Positions 57,941 through 64,000 of a stretch of 64,000 bases of DNA are shown piece by piece. The first letter of the stretch is position 1. Each line of letters starts with the position of its first letter. The notes under the pieces were generated by a model, which saw nothing but the letters and a program-made list of their open reading frames with translations, was not told the DNA's origin and searched no databases. The stretch is taken from assembly GCA_951406725.2 (NCBI GenBank), contig OX597827.1, positions 32,054,001 to 32,118,000 on the forward strand. The letters run 5' to 3'. A program made the position numbers and the translations under genes. This DNA is from Octopus vulgaris (lineage: Eukaryota).

Positions 57941-58991
57941 ATATATATATTACACCTATAGTAATAATAGCGAAATTCTGTCTGTTCGTTTGGGACCCCT
58001 GTATCTCAGTCTACATTTGTTCTACATCGACATATTATGCCTTTTTAGATTCAGGATGATCCCGGGATTGAAAATCTGCCCTTCATTCATATCTTTGAAC
58101 ATCCAGTAATAGGATGTGATTTCGGTTGCTATTTCTAGCAGGTAAAAGTTTGGCTGATTCATGCCATCTTTGTTGGCGTTTGTCAGATGACGTCAGAGAT
58201 AAAGGGAAGATAAATGACATTTGCTTCGTGTATTTTACGTCGAGATAAGAACTTTGGGACAAATTGGTCAACAGCTGGAATTCAAATTGGGACTGGAACA
58301 ACAGAATGATTGCATTACAGAATTAATTCTCATCCGTTCCTAAACCTCTGATCAAACACCACCAGGGCGTATAGTCATCCGCCCTCCAGTTAGCTCCCCG
58401 CAGGAGCTAGCTGCTAGATCCGCTCGGAGTGAGATTTTAAAGCTAATATGTAATATATATGTACTTATATGTAATAATAAAATTATATTTTTTATGCATT
58501 TTATTGTTTTGCGTTGTGCATGACGCCCCAATCTGTGGGGGAAATTGTCTCACTCGAAACTGGTCGTGGAACAAAAAAGATTGGGGGGTGGCCTTTGTAG
58601 TGTATTACCTCTGCACACCTACGTCCTTCATTTTGTTGGATGTTTGTTATCCATCCGTAGGGTAGAAGAGCAGTCTAAACGATGTTGATGGTCAACTGAG
58701 AAGCTATTGTTTAACGACAAACAATTTACTCCACAGTAAAGCATTCATAAACACTTCCACAAGTTAGAAGACCTAAAACATCAACTTCATAATTCAAAAT
58801 AGTCATTATTGTAGGGCAGGTGTTGCTGTGTGGTAAGAAGTTGGCTTCTCAACCACATGATCCCAAGTTCAGTCCCACTGCATGGCACCTTGGACAAATG
58901 TCTTTTTCTTTAGCCCCGAGCTATAGCAGAAGCTTTGTGAGTGGATTTGGTAGTCGGAAACTGAAAGAAGCCTGTCGTATGTATATATTCA

Positions 58992-59065
<74 letters not shown>

Positions 59066-59229
59066 AAAATTACAATGAAAGTAAACAAACAAACGAAGTT
59101 TGCTTTAGTGGCGTTGAGATGTCTCAGAAAGTTAAAGAAGTGATTTTGTTAAATTCTTAAACGCAGGATAATGGTAATAATATAGCTTGAACCGGATAAG
59201 CTACCTCTATTTTGCAGCAGAAAAAGTGT

Positions 59230-59304
59230 TGGCGGCCAGCTATGAGACTCGAACTCACACCTCCGTAATTACGTGTCGCGGTGCTCTGAACCATTAAGCT
59301 AAAC

Positions 59305-59305
<1 letters not shown>
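59230..59305 (-). pseudogene. 5'-clipped tRNA-like sequence
   Basis: The minus strand reads AGTTTAGCTTAATGGTTCAGAGCA...GTGAG TTCGAGT CTCAT AGCTGGCCGCCA: A box, T arm and an acceptor-like 3' strand ending in CCA. The anticodon arm is irregular. Confidence 0.4.
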
Positions 59306-59335
<30 letters not shown>

Positions 59336-59538
59336 GAGTGATAGAGACAAGCAGAATACTATATAGTATTTGGATACTGTGCAAATATTCTTTTAAAAAA
59401 CTTTTCATTTAATATTTTCAAAATTTAATTGTTTTCCATACTTAGAGTTGAAAATGTCTCAATGACTAAAACCAGTACTAAAATGTTTTTTATGATAAAA
59501 TGATTTTAGCATTTTCTACCTTTACTTTTTTCCTTATA

Positions 59539-59623
<85 letters not shown>

Positions 59624-60520
59624 CCAGCTACCCCTTGGCAACTAGTTTCGATTATTCTCCGTTTCCATAAACTAGAGGTTGGACATGAGAGATCGATACA
59701 AAAAAATGTATTCGACTCAGACCTTTCGAGGCGGTACCCCTAGCACAGCTACAGTCCAATGACTCGAACAAATAATAAAAATGAAAATAATCTGTAATCC
59801 AATTTGTTGACGAAATATTCTTACTACATTGGCACATATGTTTTCACAGAATATTCTCTCTGATGAATTGTGTCCAAACACCAATTCTTTAAATAGACAC
59901 TGCCAAACATAGATTATTTACAAATTAATCCATCACAAGAATGATAATGGAATGCGTTGTGTAGGAGTTTGAAAAGCAATTAATCAAAGAATTTTGCTCG
60001 AAGCAAAATTGGAAAGAGAAGGAATAGAAAACAAAGCATAAAGATAATTCGTTTACTCTTTGAGAAGGAGTTGAAGAGGAGGAGGAGAAGCTAATTACTA
60101 GGTTCTTACGTATAAAGGTAAATAAAAGGGCGCTATTTTTCTTATTAAAATCCATATTTTTATAATTCGGGTTATCTTTTTTTTGCTTTTTTATTAAAAA
60201 AAAATGTTTTTTCTCTTTTGAGTTTGGGGCCTTTTTTGCGATATCCTTAAAGCCAGGAACTCCTCATCTCCACCATTTCTATACATACATACATACGTAC
60301 GTACATACATACGTACGTACATACATACGTACGTACATACATACGTACGTACATACATACGTACGTACATAATTATGTGTGTGCTAATAATTAAGACATA
60401 TTTTACATTAATCTCATGGCTTGCTGTATATTTTTGTAGAATACAAATATATTATTCTGAAACAAGAAATGTTTGATAGTGACTTCGAAGTTTCGGACAA
60501 TCAAGGCATGGTAAAACTGC

Positions 60521-60553
<33 letters not shown>

Positions 60554-62055
60554 GTTTCCGTCTGCTAAATCCACTCACAAGGCTACAGTAAAAGACACCT
60601 GACAAAGGTACCGCCGCCCAGTGATATTGAACTGAAGACTTCTTGGTTGGGAAGCTATATTCTTAACTATACACCCACACAACCACACCTCCTCTCCTCT
60701 TACTGCAGTTAACTTTAAAAAGTGTTTGTTTTGACTGAGAACAAGATAAATCTATTTATTGATAGAGGCGTGGGATTAGGTCGGGGGTGGGGAAATAAAC
60801 GATATTGGTTTTGGAAAATATAAATAAATAAAGCAGTTTGTGAAGTCGTTTAAGAGAAATTATGACAAAACATATAAATGAATATAAAATGTGTATGCTT
60901 GTGTAAATATATCCTCTACTTGACGTAATGGGTACTCCTGCTTTCATTTGTTACCATCGTTACTTCTCTCTCACTCTCTTCTTGTCTCTCTCCTTCCCGT
61001 TTCTCCTCTCCTTATATATGTATGTACATGTGTGCTTACACACACACACACACACACACACATACATATATATAAAGTCAGTTGGGTGGGAAGTTGGGGT
61101 ATCTCTAGAGAAGCGCTCAACCCGAATACTGGCCTACTAACATTGTCGGGATCCAAGCCATGGCCGGAATATTTCTGGTTGACGGAATAATATTCCAACG
61201 AAAAGATTATACCGTCATGTGGTATAATAATCCAACGAAAAGAAGACAAAGACAATTCCTTAACACATCTTTAGTTATCAGTTACACAAGTTTTCGTACC
61301 ACCGCCATTTGCAACGTCAGTTTACGCGAAAATTCTAAAAGAAAAATTACGTAATATTTGCGGGTTTAGGCATTGGAGAGGCACTTCCTCGGACCTGCAT
61401 CAAAGCCGTGCTATTACACTGTGCGTCTATCGGACCTTGTTTTTAGGAAAGTATCGGGAGGAAATAAGAAGAGGAAAAGAAATTAAAAGTGTGTATGCGT
61501 GATGGATCTGTGGGGAAGAAATTATGTACGAAAACTGGTGGTCGTTCGGCAAAATACCATACCCTACCGCGACTTAATCTAAGATTTATACATACACCCT
61601 CTCTCGGAGGTTTAGACACAGCAGATATAACATGAGTTTTTACCTGTATGTTTTTCAATTTTCATTTCTCTCTTGATCCTTGACATTTCTATTTTATTTT
61701 ATTTTTTCCTCATGTCCACATATATTTCTCCGATTCGTTGTTTTTTATTACGGATCGGAGTCCACTATATATGAAACCACTATCCCATCTTAATCAGGAC
61801 TAAAGTACACTTCAAGTCATATACACCTCAAATATGGAGGCTTACAGACCTGCTGCAGAAATAGCTTATCTTCAATTTTTATTTCCGCTGCTTCGTGACC
61901 CTTATCTTTAACTATTTAAAAATTTTTTTTTTCTATATGCCTTTTTTTTCATACTCTACATCAAAGGTTCTCAACCCATTTTGACCAAAGGCTGCAAGGC
62001 ACGTAATATAAATATTTTGGTGCGTGACTTTTGACCCACTCTCTGTATGTGTATA

Positions 62056-62110
<55 letters not shown>

Positions 62111-62834
62111 ACATACTTATGAAATATATTATCGTAGATATTTGATGCTTTGATGTTTTATGCATCATCTTTACTATATGGATTTGTGTGTGTACGTATG
62201 TGTGTGCTGTTTCTCTCCTCCGACTCATCAGGTAGCTCTTTGATCGTTGTTGTAAGGAGCATTAGCTCGTCGATGCGTGTGTGTTTGTGTACGTACACAC
62301 ATATACGTACGTACACATTTCTATCTATTTCTATTTTTAGAGATACAGAGATACAGAGAGAGAGAGGGGGGTGGAGAGAGAAAGAGAGAGAGAGACTTAA
62401 TTAAAATTAGGATTAGAATTAAGAACTAAAGGAATACACTAGCTAAAAATGTTTGTTTGAGGATTAACTCATGATTCGCCATTATGTAAAGGCTTGTCTC
62501 TGAATTTAGCCTTCATCGGTGGGACTTCACGAGATTTTCTTTATTACACGCTCAAACACACACACGCATACACGTTCTCTCTCTTTCCTTCTCTCCCCCC
62601 CTCTCTCTCCAGTATATACAATCATCGCATAAGTGTATGTCTGTGTATGGATATACATATATATATATATGCATGTATGTATGTATGTATGTATGTATGT
62701 ATGTATGTATGTATGTATGTATGTATGAATGCATGTATGTATATGTGTGTGTTTGTGTGTGTAAGCATACGCATATACATACATAACTATATATGTGTGT
62801 ATATGTATGTATGTATGTAGGTAGGTAGGTATCA

Positions 62835-62905
<71 letters not shown>

Positions 62906-63819
62906 GTAAGAACCTCATTTCGAAAATAATTATTTTTATTGAACATATTAATTTATATATATATATACAAGTATATATATTCTGCAAGTATATAATGCCC
63001 TCTATATATAAATATATATATATATGTATATATATATATGTATACATATATGTGTGTATATATATATACATATATATATATAAATATTTATATATTCAGA
63101 CAAACATATATACATGCACATACATACACACGCATATATAAAGACACACACGTACATACACACGTACACACATACATGCATACATTACATATATACATAT
63201 ATATCAAATCGATATTGACAATATATCAATACACATATATTGAGATTGATGATGGGGCTGAGGCTATTATTATGCGTAATTTCAAAGACAGCGACTATGA
63301 CGCCCGCGGCATCAAATTAATTTCCTACCGTCCTTATTCTCATTACCGACGAGGAGATCATTCTCTAAAGAGTTACGATGAATATTTCACTAATGTCGGA
63401 GAAATGTCAATCATCTATCAAAAAATGAAAGCCATTAGCTGTCTTTGGCAAGTTCCAGCCGTCAATGCATCTCTCCAGATTTCCCCATCCCGCTCCCCCC
63501 CCCCCGCTTTCTGCCTCATTCACCATTTCACCTTGATTCACGTCTATATACTCCTCCGACACTGCTTCCTTGTTTTATCTATCTCTCTCTACGCTTATAA
63601 GTCACTATAGGTGCTAGATTATTGCTGTTCTCATTCCGCTCAACTATTTCCCCGTTTCTCCTCCATTTCCTTCCGTTCCACCCCACTTCTCTCCAATCTA
63701 CATTTACGTCAGAAATGTTAGGCTCTATGTCAACCTGAGGAAGTCTTGTAGAAATCATGGCTGCACAGCTTCTTTAGTTTTTCTGACATCATAACAAATT
63801 AAGTTGTTAATTTTGGATA

Positions 63820-64000
63820 TGTCTTTTATTTTTTAGTTATTTCAATAAACAGACTGCGGCCGCGCTGGAGCACTGCCTTCAAGAATTTTAGTTGAACGAG
63901 CCAACCCCAGTACTTACTTTGTTTAAAGTCTGCTGCTTATTCTATCGAAACGCTAAGTTACGGGGATGTAAACACACCAACACCGGTTGTCAAACGGTGG
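63820..64000 (-). mobile_element. Family-B SINE tail running off the window
   Basis: GCGGCCGCGCTGGAGCACTGCC...CGCTAAGTTACGGGGATGTAAACACACCAACACCGGTTGTCAA. Confidence 0.65.

Noticed and set aside
63240-63610. Non-repetitive part of the 190-aa ORF 63038-63610
   Set aside because: It has no recognisable domain or clear splice signals, and the ORF length comes largely from microsatellite.
63730-63770. CTGAGGA...GAAATCATG hammerhead-like spacing
   Set aside because: There is no convincing stem II and no valid cleavage triplet.

Overview
This is AT-rich, microsatellite-saturated eukaryotic DNA. The SINE/LINE repertoire looks like an octopus (coleoid cephalopod) genome, which is an inference and not a database result. 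I cannot support any intact host protein-coding gene, and nearly all listed ORFs are translations of simple repeats. The window is a nested transposon landscape. It holds a near full-length frameshifted RTE LINE, a Dong/R4-type RLE LINE sitting in (TAA)n, Penelope-like (PLE) remnants, CR1 and RTE-X remnants, Tc1/maT remnants, a head-to-tail non-autonomous Helitron dimer, a Helentron-type HINE and dozens of tRNA-derived SINEs of about four families. Two signals stand out. (1) A 5.3-kb near-perfect foldback at 28675-33957 has TTAA|AGGGG...CCCCT|TTAA Kolobok/T2-like ends, and its arms are built mostly of degenerate microsatellite. (2) About eight hammerhead-ribozyme-like motifs lie in short non-coding cassettes, mostly next to (TA)n tracts. 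Three carry a U3/A8 core, and two sit inside about 110-bp inverted repeats. This suggests a diverse set of non-autonomous PLE or retrozyme-like elements. All calls are by eye, and end coordinates of degenerate elements are approximate.
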